Source: a virus (lineage: Duplodnaviria > Caudoviricetes). Taken from it: a stretch of DNA of 53,461 bases. Position 1 is the first letter of the stretch. Each line of letters begins with the position of its first letter. Under the pieces are notes generated by a model. The model saw nothing but the letters and a program-made list of their open reading frames with translations. It did no database searches and had not been told where the DNA came from. Position numbers and translations under genes: made by a program. The DNA lies in IMG/VR virus record IMGVR_UViG_3300048599_000841, positions 1-53,461 of that record. One strand, 5' to 3'. This document shows, in pieces, positions 45,856 through 53,461 of the stretch.

Positions 45856-47796
45856 CTAGTCCTTACGATAGAACGCACACTCGTAGCCATCCGCGCGGAG
45901 CGGCAGTCCGGCCGCCCATTCGGGGGGCCGGCCCATGATGGCGCAGGCTTCCTCCACCGAGCCTTTCCCGATGAGAACTTCCATGACAGCTTCGTCATGT
46001 ACATGGAACACGATGGGGTACCCGGCCGCCTCCAGGTTCAGCATGGCGAACGCGAGCAGATCACGGGCAACCGCCTGCGTAATGTTTTCCGCCAGCTTGC
46101 CACCGAAGGTTTTATCCAATGTTAGCTGGCCGGATTTGCTTGCGCTCAGGTATCCGATGCCGTGACTGCCGAAACGGTTGTCCACGAACCGTGGCGCAAG
46201 ATAGGTCAGCCGCCTGCCCGAAGGCAGCTGGATGAACATCTTCTCATCATGCCAGAACAGCACAACCTTACCAACCCGTGCTGTGGTCCTCTCATCAACA
46301 ACTTTCTGCGCGGCTGCATCGAGCGCGATCCAAAACCTCACGATCTTGCGGTTGGCGCCGCGCCAGGCGTCCACCAGCGACTGCATCTCCTCCTCGGGCA
46401 TCTTTGCGCCCATCTTCTTCAATGCGCCAACGCCACCTCCGTAGCCACAAGACAGCACGGCTTGTTTCCCCTTCTGCCGAAAGGCGTAGTTTTCGTGTCC
46501 CTTGACAATGGTGTCGGCGGGGATATGAAACATACGCGAGGCCGTGGCTTCATAAATCTTTCCCTGGTCCCGGAATTCCTCCAGTACCCATTCCTCTCCC
46601 GCCAACCAGGCAAGAACCCTCGCTTCTATGGCTGAAAAGTCCGCCACGATGAACCGGCAACCTTCCTTCGGAATGAGCGCGGTCCGGATCAGTTCAGAAA
46701 GTGTATTGGGCACGGAGCCGAACAGCAACTCCAACTGGCCCGCGTCACCGCTTTTTACTACTTCGCGGGCGAGTGCTAAATCCGGCAGGTGGTTTTGGGG
46801 CAGATTCTGCGCCTGGACCAACCTTCCCGCCCAACGGAATGTGCGGGACGCGCCGCCGAACTGCAAAAGGCCGTGGATCCGGCCGTCCCGGCACACCGTG
46901 CGCGCCATGGCCTCGTACTTTTTGACCGAGGTCTTCGAAAGTTCCAGCCGGAGGTTCAGAAGCTCGCCCACGATACCCTCTGCATCCTTGGCCTTTTCCT
47001 GCACCAGCTTCTTGGCCAGGCTCTCCATGGGCATGTCCTGATCGGCCAGCCAAGCCTTGAGCTGCGCGACGCTGCCAGGGTTTTCAAGGCCGGTCAGCTG
47101 CTTCGCACGCAGGAACGCCTGCTCCGAAAACACCCGATCGACCGCCATCGCCTGTTTCACCAGCAGCCTGTCCACCCGCACGCCACGGTCGTTGATGCGC
47201 TGGTCCAGCGCGTACAGCTCCCATTCGTGCTCCGGGAGCGGATGCTTCTCCAACGCCTTGCGCACCGCGCGCTCCGTTTCCACGTCCTGCGCGTTATAAG
47301 CCTTGTAGGTTGCCCACTTGTCCGGCGCATGGGACGGAAGGTTCCGCGTCCTGCCGCCGTTTGTCTTCGTCTGCTTGCAGGGCATCGAAAAGTATCGGAT
47401 CAGGTCCTTGCCCTCGTCCATCTTCTGCTGTGTAAGGCCCAGTGCCCGCGCCGCGTCCCCCAACCGCGCGGGGAGCGTCAGGTAGGAAGCCATGACCGCG
47501 GTACACCGCCACTGGGCGGGGTCAAGCCAACGGCCGAGATACTTGGAGAGGCAGACGCGTTCAAAGGCCGCATTCCAGCTTCCTTTGATGATTCCTGGGT
47601 CTTCCAGCGCGAGAAGGACATCCTCAGGCAGCTTTCCTCCGCAAGTCATATCGACCGTTTGCACAGGTCCATCATCGAATGCATATGAGAACAGCAAGAT
47701 TTCAAAATCCGGCGCATCAGCGTATCGGTATACACCACACTTGGGCAACAGTGCGGAGGAGAAGGTTTCAATGTCGATTTCAAGTATCGTGGGCAA
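45856..47796 (-). CDS. Phage DNA polymerase, family A
   Basis: DIETFS exonuclease motif, NAAFER, ADFSAIEARVLAWLA (motif A), RQKGK..VLSCGYG (motif B), HVHDE (motif C); TTG start after GGAGGTG. Confidence 0.95.
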   Translation of the reverse strand: MPTILEIDIETFSSALLPKCGVYRYADAPDFEILLFSYAFDDGPVQTVDMTCGGKLPEDVLLALEDPGIIKGSWNAAFERVCLSKYLGRWLDPAQWRCTAVMASYLTLPARLGDAARALGLTQQKMDEGKDLIRYFSMPCKQTKTNGGRTRNLPSHAPDKWATYKAYNAQDVETERAVRKALEKHPLPEHEWELYALDQRINDRGVRVDRLLVKQAMAVDRVFSEQAFLRAKQLTGLENPGSVAQLKAWLADQDMPMESLAKKLVQEKAKDAEGIVGELLNLRLELSKTSVKKYEAMARTVCRDGRIHGLLQFGGASRTFRWAGRLVQAQNLPQNHLPDLALAREVVKSGDAGQLELLFGSVPNTLSELIRTALIPKEGCRFIVADFSAIEARVLAWLAGEEWVLEEFRDQGKIYEATASRMFHIPADTIVKGHENYAFRQKGKQAVLSCGYGGGVGALKKMGAKMPEEEMQSLVDAWRGANRKIVRFWIALDAAAQKVVDERTTARVGKVVLFWHDEKMFIQLPSGRRLTYLAPRFVDNRFGSHGIGYLSASKSGQLTLDKTFGGKLAENITQAVARDLLAFAMLNLEAAGYPIVFHVHDEAVMEVLIGKGSVEEACAIMGRPPEWAAGLPLRADGYECAFYRKD

Positions 47797-47813
47797 TCAG
47801 ATCACCTCCATGA

Positions 47814-47850
47814 AAACGCCGCATGCCAGGTGTAGCCCTGACATGCAGCG
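47814..47850 (-). terminator. Terminator-like hairpin after the SSB gene
   Basis: Minus strand CGCTGCATGTCAGG-gctaca-CCTGGCATGCGGCG-TTTT. Confidence 0.55.
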
Positions 47851-47918
47851 ATGAGCGATTCCATGCCGTGAACACATGATCCTTTTGGGGAACGATGCAG
47901 CATGCTAATCGTTTTGGA

Positions 47919-48458
47919 TCAGCTCAAAAAGTCCTCGTCGTCCCCGGCATCCAGCGCGTCGAATTCATCCTCTGCACGGACGCGGCCGTTGAGCGGTTCG
48001 CCATCCTCCCATTTCTGGATGTTTCCGAGCCCGGCAGCGACGCCCCGGTTGCCATTCGTATTGAAGGCATAGAAGTTGATGGACGCCCGGACGTAGCAGC
48101 CGGAGTACAACTCCAGCGGATCGGTGACGGGGACACGCCTGCGATCCACCACGCCGGGCTTCTCCTTGCTGTTGGCGTTCACGAAATAGCTGTCCGCATA
48201 CGCCGCGTCTTCGGGGCGCTCCACGTCCCCGTCGCGCAGGGGGAGCTTCAGATTGGCGGGGATCTTCCCGCCGAACTTTGAGACACCCTCCTGTTTGGCC
48301 TGCTCGATCGCCGCCTGAATCGCCCGCACCGTTTTCGTGTCGGATTTGGGGATGATCAGGGAGCAGGAGTACTTGGGCTCGGAACCGTTGACTGACTGTG
48401 CCTCGAACACATGGACAAAGGACGCACGCGCCTTTCCGGTTATCACCTTGGTAGACAT
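47919..48458 (-). CDS. DUF2815 single-stranded DNA-binding protein (T7 gp2.5-like)
   Basis: KYSCSLIIPKSD, LRDGD, YSGCY.RASI, GVAAGLGNIQK and an acidic tail. Confidence 0.92.
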   Translation of the reverse strand: MSTKVITGKARASFVHVFEAQSVNGSEPKYSCSLIIPKSDTKTVRAIQAAIEQAKQEGVSKFGGKIPANLKLPLRDGDVERPEDAAYADSYFVNANSKEKPGVVDRRRVPVTDPLELYSGCYVRASINFYAFNTNGNRGVAAGLGNIQKWEDGEPLNGRVRAEDEFDALDAGDDEDFLS

Positions 48459-48533
48459 GATTGAATCCTCCTCATCCGTTTCTTGATCGCTATTTGGGTC
48501 GTCGGCTTGTGCGGTCGCACCGTGCCAGTCGGA

Positions 48534-49697
48534 TCAGCTGGCAAAGTCGGTCTCCGCTGTGGAGATCGCTCTGCGAGAATCCGCCTCCGGGACGAGGGTC
48601 GGCGCGCCGGCAGGCTTGACGATGTACTTGCCCAGCAACTCCTGGAACGCCTTCCGGCCCATGCGCTTCTCCAGCTCGCCGATACCCAGTAGACTCGTCT
48701 TGTAGATATCGGTGTAGCCGGCTTCGGTCGCGGCCCGGATCACGTCGGCTTCGCTCGTGTACTTGCGCACCGACCGGCCCGCAACCAGCTTGTACCCCAG
48801 CCACTGCTTGCCTTCCACCGCCTTCTGTGTGGCATAGGCGATCAGATCCTGAACCCAGTTGTTCATGCTCTCCGCCACCGGCAGAATGTCGGTGATTTCT
48901 TCATCGGTAAGCAAATTCGGCGCTTTGAAATCGCGCTCGGCCAGCCGCATGTGATATTCGCTCCGGGTGCGGCAGGTGTGGCGCGCGCGGCAGAAGCGGC
49001 AATGCTCACCGGCGCAGAATTCACCCTTGCCCTCATAGGCCAGGCGAGCTTTGAGCCGTACTTCCGCCTCTGCCCAATGAATCAGCGCCTCCGGCGTGCT
49101 TTCGTAGGTGGAGATTCCACCCATCCTGGGCTGCACGATGGTCATGCGAACGGACTGGATGTCGTACAGCGCGCCGAATTCCGTGAGCGCACCCAGCGCG
49201 TACAGCATCAGCTGACTATTGTGGTCGGCGTCCACCCGGACGCCGCGGCCGCCCTTGAAATCGATCACCTCGATCACGCCGTCCGCCACGATCACCAGGT
49301 CGCCTGTTCCGAACCCCCCGGGCACGTACGCCGAGTAGTCCAACCGGTGCTCGATGAGGATCAGCGGATCGGAGCAGCCAGCCCTTACGGCCTCGATGGT
49401 TTCAGCGCAGAAGGCGACGTATTCATCCGTGACGCTTTCGGCTTCGTCGGTATAGAACTCGCTATCCATATGCCTGGCGTACTGCTCGTCCACCTCATCC
49501 GGCGGCATGTCGCCCAGGTACTGGTGCAGCTTCAACTCGCACAGCTCGTGGAGGTACGTGCCTTCCTCGGCATATTGGGACGGGGAATCGACAAACTGCT
49601 CCGAGAGCTTGACCGAGGGCGGGCACGCAAGCCAGCGATGGGAACTTGAGGCGTTCAGGAGCGCGTGGGCACGCGAGGCGTGCTGGATCTCGCTCAT
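48534..49697 (-). CDS. DUF2800 PD-(D/E)XK (Cas4-like) nuclease
   Basis: HALL.ASSSHRWL.CPPS, GFGT.D, IDFK.G.G, QLMLYALG and CRFC...C motifs. Confidence 0.92.
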   Translation of the reverse strand: MSEIQHASRAHALLNASSSHRWLACPPSVKLSEQFVDSPSQYAEEGTYLHELCELKLHQYLGDMPPDEVDEQYARHMDSEFYTDEAESVTDEYVAFCAETIEAVRAGCSDPLILIEHRLDYSAYVPGGFGTGDLVIVADGVIEVIDFKGGRGVRVDADHNSQLMLYALGALTEFGALYDIQSVRMTIVQPRMGGISTYESTPEALIHWAEAEVRLKARLAYEGKGEFCAGEHCRFCRARHTCRTRSEYHMRLAERDFKAPNLLTDEEITDILPVAESMNNWVQDLIAYATQKAVEGKQWLGYKLVAGRSVRKYTSEADVIRAATEAGYTDIYKTSLLGIGELEKRMGRKAFQELLGKYIVKPAGAPTLVPEADSRRAISTAETDFAS

Positions 49698-50023
49698 AGC
49701 GCCTCCACCTCACGCATCAGGGCGGGATACTGATCCTCAGCGAGCTCCGTCAGCTTCTTTACATCGAACTTCTCTAGAATGGCTTTGATTCTCGTGCGGT
49801 TCTCGGGGGTGGACTTCTCCGCCACGAAGGCGCGCAGTTCCACCAAGGTGGGCTTGGGCGTTTCTGACTGTTTCTGCTGCAGGGCGGGAGCTTCAGGTGT
49901 TGCCACCGGCTGATCTGCGGCGGGGACTTCACCGCTATCGGCAGCGTTGGCCAGTGCTTCAATGCTGTCGGCCAGGTTGCGAAGGTCCTGAACGACGTTC
50001 AGCGCAAGTTTCATCTTCGACAT
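49694..50023 (-). CDS. Conserved phage replication-module protein
   Basis: PTLVELRA...KS....IKAILEKF...KLTEL....Y..L; typical upstream partner of DUF2800. Confidence 0.75.
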   Translation of the reverse strand: MSKMKLALNVVQDLRNLADSIEALANAADSGEVPAADQPVATPEAPALQQKQSETPKPTLVELRAFVAEKSTPENRTRIKAILEKFDVKKLTELAEDQYPALMREVEAL

Positions 50024-50130
50024 GGATTTACCTCGCTTCCTTGGGTAATTGGTGATGACGGAATATTGGGTATGGGCATCGTCACCGGCATCTCATTGCA
50101 CGTGGGGGCACGAATGCGGTCCTCCACGGC

Positions 50131-50550
50131 TCAGCCCTCAGCGCCATAGCGAGGCAGCGGGTCAATCAACACACACGTCTTTTCCGTGCGCTTCAAGGAC
50201 AGTATTCGCCAGCCAACGAGCACCTTGGCAACGAACTCACGCCAGCCGCGCTTTACGCGCTGCCAAAGGTACACGGGCACAAAGCGGTCCGGCGCTTCCG
50301 TCGACCAAATTTCGGTGATGTACCAGACGCCCTGGCACTTCATGAGCAGCATGTAGATTCCGCAGTCATAGTGAATTTCCTGGCAGACGGTATCGAGCCG
50401 AATGCCCACCTCCTCATGGGCGGCGATGTAGGCGGCCACCTCGCGGCGGAGCACGTACCCCCGGATGAACTGGGCGCCGAGGCCGCGGTTCATGACGGCG
50501 AACTGCCGCCAGCCTGACCGGGTAAACTCGACCTGCGTGGACCGCTTCAT
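50131..50550 (-). CDS. Hypothetical protein
   Basis: Start MKRSTQVEF overlaps the upstream stop (ATGA). Confidence 0.6.
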   Translation of the reverse strand: MKRSTQVEFTRSGWRQFAVMNRGLGAQFIRGYVLRREVAAYIAAHEEVGIRLDTVCQEIHYDCGIYMLLMKCQGVWYITEIWSTEAPDRFVPVYLWQRVKRGWREFVAKVLVGWRILSLKRTEKTCVLIDPLPRYGAEG

Positions 50551-50780
50551 TTCTCCGCGCCCCTTTCCGGTTTCTGAGCGTGGGTGAAGGTGACATTGTC
50601 CACGTTTCGGCTGGGTAGAATGATGACGACCTCGTGCTGTTCGCCAAACAGCGTCGTCAGGAGCCGGCTGCGGATGGAGCGTTTTTTGATATCGGCCAGC
50701 AAGCGGCACGTGCCGCCTGTGCGAGGAGACGGCATATTGACGTTGAGCCGGATGCTGTCCTGAGTGGTGGTGTGGTCCAT
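50547..50780 (-). CDS. Hypothetical protein
   Basis: RBS AGGAGGAGG. Confidence 0.7.
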   Translation of the reverse strand: MDHTTTQDSIRLNVNMPSPRTGGTCRLLADIKKRSIRSRLLTTLFGEQHEVVIILPSRNVDNVTFTHAQKPERGAEK

Positions 50781-50869
50781 AGCGTGGGTACCTCCTCCTG
50801 GTCATTTGCGGAGGTTTTTAGGCCCCTCCACAAGTCCCACGCTGGCAAAGGGGTTTGTCACCCTCCTTC

Positions 50870-51472
50870 TCATAGTTTTTCTAAAAAACATCTGAACCGG
50901 TCAATGGCAGCCTGAATGTGTCGGCAGACAACCTGCTTGCGAATCATCAAATAATCCGCAATCTGCTGCTGTGTCAAGCCTTGGACAAAGTACATCTCCA
51001 CGATCTGCCGCTGCCTGTCGGTCAGCATCGGGAGCATTCTGTTTACCGTGTCTCGATCCTCAATGCGCAACGTGAAATCTACACCGTCACCCCACCCCCT
51101 GTCCGAGCCTTCCTCATCCAGGGAGAATCCATGGGGCTTTTCTTCGCGCCGGTTCCCATTGTGCTCCAGCCGGTCCTCCCCAGCCAGCATCAGGCGCAAC
51201 GTCCATTCCTCGTTCTCGAAAAACGCGACCCCAAGCGCCATTCCGCCGTCGTAAGCGTATCCGGTGCAGCGGTCCACCGCGTATACCGTCGTGTGTCCCG
51301 CCACGCTATACGTGAAGAATCCATTTTTGTACACTGTGAGCACACCATTACCAACCTCTGCTAAGGCGACCACGGGTACCCCACTCTCCCGAAGCGCACT
51401 GGCTGTGGGTATCTTCTTTCCTGCCGTCGTATCGACCAGCCTGCGCAGTTCCCCTAGTGTGAATTCCTCCAT
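50870..51472 (-). CDS. Sigma70 region-4 domain regulator
   Basis: LTDRQRQIVEMYFVQGLTQQQIADYL helix-turn-helix; start MEEFTL after AAAGGAG. Confidence 0.85.
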   Translation of the reverse strand: MEEFTLGELRRLVDTTAGKKIPTASALRESGVPVVALAEVGNGVLTVYKNGFFTYSVAGHTTVYAVDRCTGYAYDGGMALGVAFFENEEWTLRLMLAGEDRLEHNGNRREEKPHGFSLDEEGSDRGWGDGVDFTLRIEDRDTVNRMLPMLTDRQRQIVEMYFVQGLTQQQIADYLMIRKQVVCRHIQAAIDRFRCFLEKL

Positions 51473-51540
51473 TGTTCCTGCTCCTTTCGTGGAGCCGGAA
51501 CAGAGCGCCGGATGCCGCAGACCGCTTCCCGAGCAACGCC

Positions 51541-51586
51541 AAAAAAAGAAGCCGGATGACATGCTCAATAAAAGCAGTCATCCGGC
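51541..51586 (-). terminator. Terminator/attenuator hairpin in the leader of the sigma-like gene
   Basis: Minus strand AGCCGGATGAC...GTCATCCGGCT-TCTTTTTTT. Confidence 0.65.
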
Positions 51587-51771
51587 TATTCGGTGATCCC
51601 CGTTTCGGCCCCCGTTGCTCAGAGTGGTTGCGGTGTCGCAAGATTTTCAAGGAGAGAGGTTTTTACAGGGAAACGCCCGTCAAGGCCCAAGGCTGGCGCG
51701 GCCTTTGCTCATACCTTCGTCGCAGGCGATTGACGCCGCCCGCTCCGGTATGTTCCTCTCTCCATACCATG

Positions 51772-51924
51772 CTATTTGGTTTTGCGGCGCTGGTTTTCCA
51801 GGGTCCGCACCCGGACCGTGACTCTGCGTTTGCACCTCCGGCAAACGAGTTCCAGCGCCGATTCTGACCCGCCCCCTGCGCTGCAGCTAAACAGCTTTGC
51901 CTTGCACAGAGGGCACCGTATCAT
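51772..51924 (-). CDS. Small zinc-ribbon protein (Com-like)
   Basis: IRCPLCKAKLF...LVCRRCK. Confidence 0.65.
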   Translation of the reverse strand: MIRCPLCKAKLFSCSAGGGSESALELVCRRCKRRVTVRVRTLENQRRKTK

Positions 51925-52792
51925 TTTCGCATCCCTCGCCCCTTTCCGTTTCGTCCACGCTGCAAACAAGTTCCGTCAACCACGGCGCGGTAGGCTGGGC
52001 GTACAGCCGGGCGTTCAGATACGCCATTTCGAGTGTGAGGCACGTATGCCCATAATAATAGCCGTCCATCGCCGAGAGCGCCATCGCCAGGTCGGGCCGG
52101 GTCATGTTGGTCAGATGAATCGGCATGAGGTATTGTAGCCTGCCCTGATAGACTTGGGGAACCATAAGAGATGGAACGACGGCGGCCTTTCGCCTTCCGA
52201 GTTCCACCGCCGTCTCCAGAAGAAGAGGCAGGTTCCATACTCCCTGTACAGATATAGGGAGCCGTGACACGTTTTCAGCGTCGCCCAAAATGTGCTCGAC
52301 GTTGACACGGATTTCCCACTCGGGAATGTATCTGAGCCCATATTCCATGGCCAGGAACGACGGCCGTGCTGGCAGCGGCTCGATGTATTTCATGAGAGTC
52401 GATGTCTCGTCGGCCCAGCCCCGGAAATACCAGTCGATGATGCTGTCCTTTCGCTTGTTCCGTTCAAAACACATGTAAATCCCCATAAAGCGCTTATTGA
52501 ACAAGCCCGTATGGAAGCACGCTGTTTCATTGCGGATATAAAACACCCGGTCCGCCTCGTATGGATTGGCTGCGGTTTGCCAGTCTATGGCCTGCTTGTG
52601 GAACACGGTTTTGATGTAGCGCTCAAGGATGGGGGTATCGGTGTTCTTTATTGGGCAGACTGGATTCCGAAAGCGCCACGGCTCGGGCAAGCACTCTTGT
52701 GCAAGCGTATCCAATTGATCAAACCATGAAGGGATATACGCGAACGAGAATAAATCGGTCTGAACGGTCATGGTTATGTCCTCCCTTGTCAT
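51887..52792 (-). CDS. DUF3825 domain protein
   Basis: LFSFAY, PEPW.F, ILERYI..VF, FHTGL, VPQ.Y....Q.LMP and T.LTLEMAY.NARL motifs. Confidence 0.8.
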   Translation of the reverse strand: MTREDITMTVQTDLFSFAYIPSWFDQLDTLAQECLPEPWRFRNPVCPIKNTDTPILERYIKTVFHKQAIDWQTAANPYEADRVFYIRNETACFHTGLFNKRFMGIYMCFERNKRKDSIIDWYFRGWADETSTLMKYIEPLPARPSFLAMEYGLRYIPEWEIRVNVEHILGDAENVSRLPISVQGVWNLPLLLETAVELGRRKAAVVPSLMVPQVYQGRLQYLMPIHLTNMTRPDLAMALSAMDGYYYGHTCLTLEMAYLNARLYAQPTAPWLTELVCSVDETERGEGCENDTVPSVQGKAV

Positions 52793-52923
52793 TGCTTATC
52801 ATTTCGCGCAGCACAGATCAGTACAGAATCGGTTTGATACCTTTTTCTCCTTCGATGCCGAATCATTGGACATCCCGTGTACACGGTTGCCGCCGGTACA
52901 TCCGACCTGTCATGTTAATCACT

Positions 52924-53148
52924 CTACTTGCCTCCTGCCTCAACAAATTCAAAGACGATCCTCCGCAGCTTCTGCTGCAGTTGCGCTTTGATGTCCGGAT
53001 CAACGTGAGAAACTCTTCTGCCATCCTTGGTTCGCAGCCGGACCGTTGCGAGCGTGTTGATATAGTCGTTGTAGTACGCCACGATATACTCCATGTGAAA
53101 AGGACAACCCCGCTTGGCTGACTGAATGATTTCTTTCGTAAGAAGCAA
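52924..53148 (-). CDS. Helix-turn-helix protein (Tn916 Orf8-like)
   Basis: I..AK.G....M..IV..Y..YI..L...VD.D....LQ.KL...V..F pattern; follows a sigma-like gene. Confidence 0.7.
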   Translation of the reverse strand: MLLTKEIIQSAKRGCPFHMEYIVAYYNDYINTLATVRLRTKDGRRVSHVDPDIKAQLQQKLRRIVFEFVEAGGK

Positions 53149-53152
53149 GAAT

Positions 53153-53461
53153 TCATCCGTCCCTGCCGAGGAATTGCGGCACCAGCGACGCCAACTTCAT
53201 AATGGCGCGCTTCTTTCTGTAATGGACCATCTGCGGCGATATATCAAGCACTTTCGCGATTTCCTGCTGGTTCATTCCATGCCAATAGTGAAGCAGAATA
53301 ATGTTCCTTTCCTTTTCGGGCAAGCGGATCATGGCTTGGAATATCTCATTTCTTTCAATCAGAAATACAAAGCCGTGGGCTGAGATGTGATGATTCGTGG
53401 ACGGATACACATCGCTTTTCGCGCCGTACAGCTCGTCAAGTTCTGCGCAATCCGAGATCGG
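53153..53461 (-). CDS. Sigma70 region-4 protein (Tn916 Orf7-like), 5' end outside the window
   Basis: LPEKERNIILLHYW.GM...EIAK.L.IS...V...KKRA; frame stays open to the window edge. Confidence 0.8.
   Translation of the reverse strand, partial: PISDCAELDELYGAKSDVYPSTNHHISAHGFVFLIERNEIFQAMIRLPEKERNIILLHYWHGMNQQEIAKVLDISPQMVHYRKKRAIMKLASLVPQFLGRDG

Larger units (their letters stand above)
1..53461 (-). mobile_element. Temperate siphovirus-type prophage; boundaries and att sites not visible
   Basis: Complete ordered set of replication, packaging, head, tail, lysis and integrase modules. Confidence 0.93.

Noticed and set aside
2205-49649. Numerous long + strand ORFs opposite structural and replication genes (e.g. 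2205..3434, 10832..12487, 21319..22509, 42252..43328)
   Set aside because: Antisense shadows of GC-rich genuine minus-strand genes, with no recognisable motifs or RBS
1-53461. tRNA, rRNA, IS elements or att direct repeats
   Set aside because: None recognised by eye; the window starts at the integrase stop and ends inside a gene, so the prophage ends are not included

Overview
GC-rich temperate siphovirus-type prophage, probably from a Clostridia-like (Bacillota) host (inferred from gene content). It is almost entirely on the minus strand. Read right to left: sigma70-region-4/HTH regulators and DUF3825; a replication block (DUF2800 nuclease, DUF2815 SSB, family A DNA polymerase, VapE primase-helicase, SNF2 helicase, VRR-NUC, ParB-like proteins); an ArpU/RinA-like late activator; a ParB-fused DNA methyltransferase; P27 TerS, TerL, HNH, portal, Clp protease and HK97 capsid; head-tail and tail genes with a tape measure; tail-tip proteins; a dual-catalytic endolysin; a holin; and a tyrosine integrase whose stop codon is bases 1-3. 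The most striking region is an oppositely oriented (+ strand) operon at about 27.9-31.9 kb: an amidoligase, about seven small genes and a gamma-glutamylcyclotransferase. Its gene junctions carry five copies of a type I hammerhead-ribozyme fold (two well formed, one damaged, two with a decayed core). The two best copies bracket the amidoligase gene with interchangeable stem I and pseudoknot strands, so the excised 1040-nt RNA could in principle circularise. The operon also has a strand-biased AAATCAA motif and lies next to seven 42-bp hairpin repeats and a putative packaging (cos-like) region. All product calls come from motif recognition, not database searches, and RNA folds were paired by eye.
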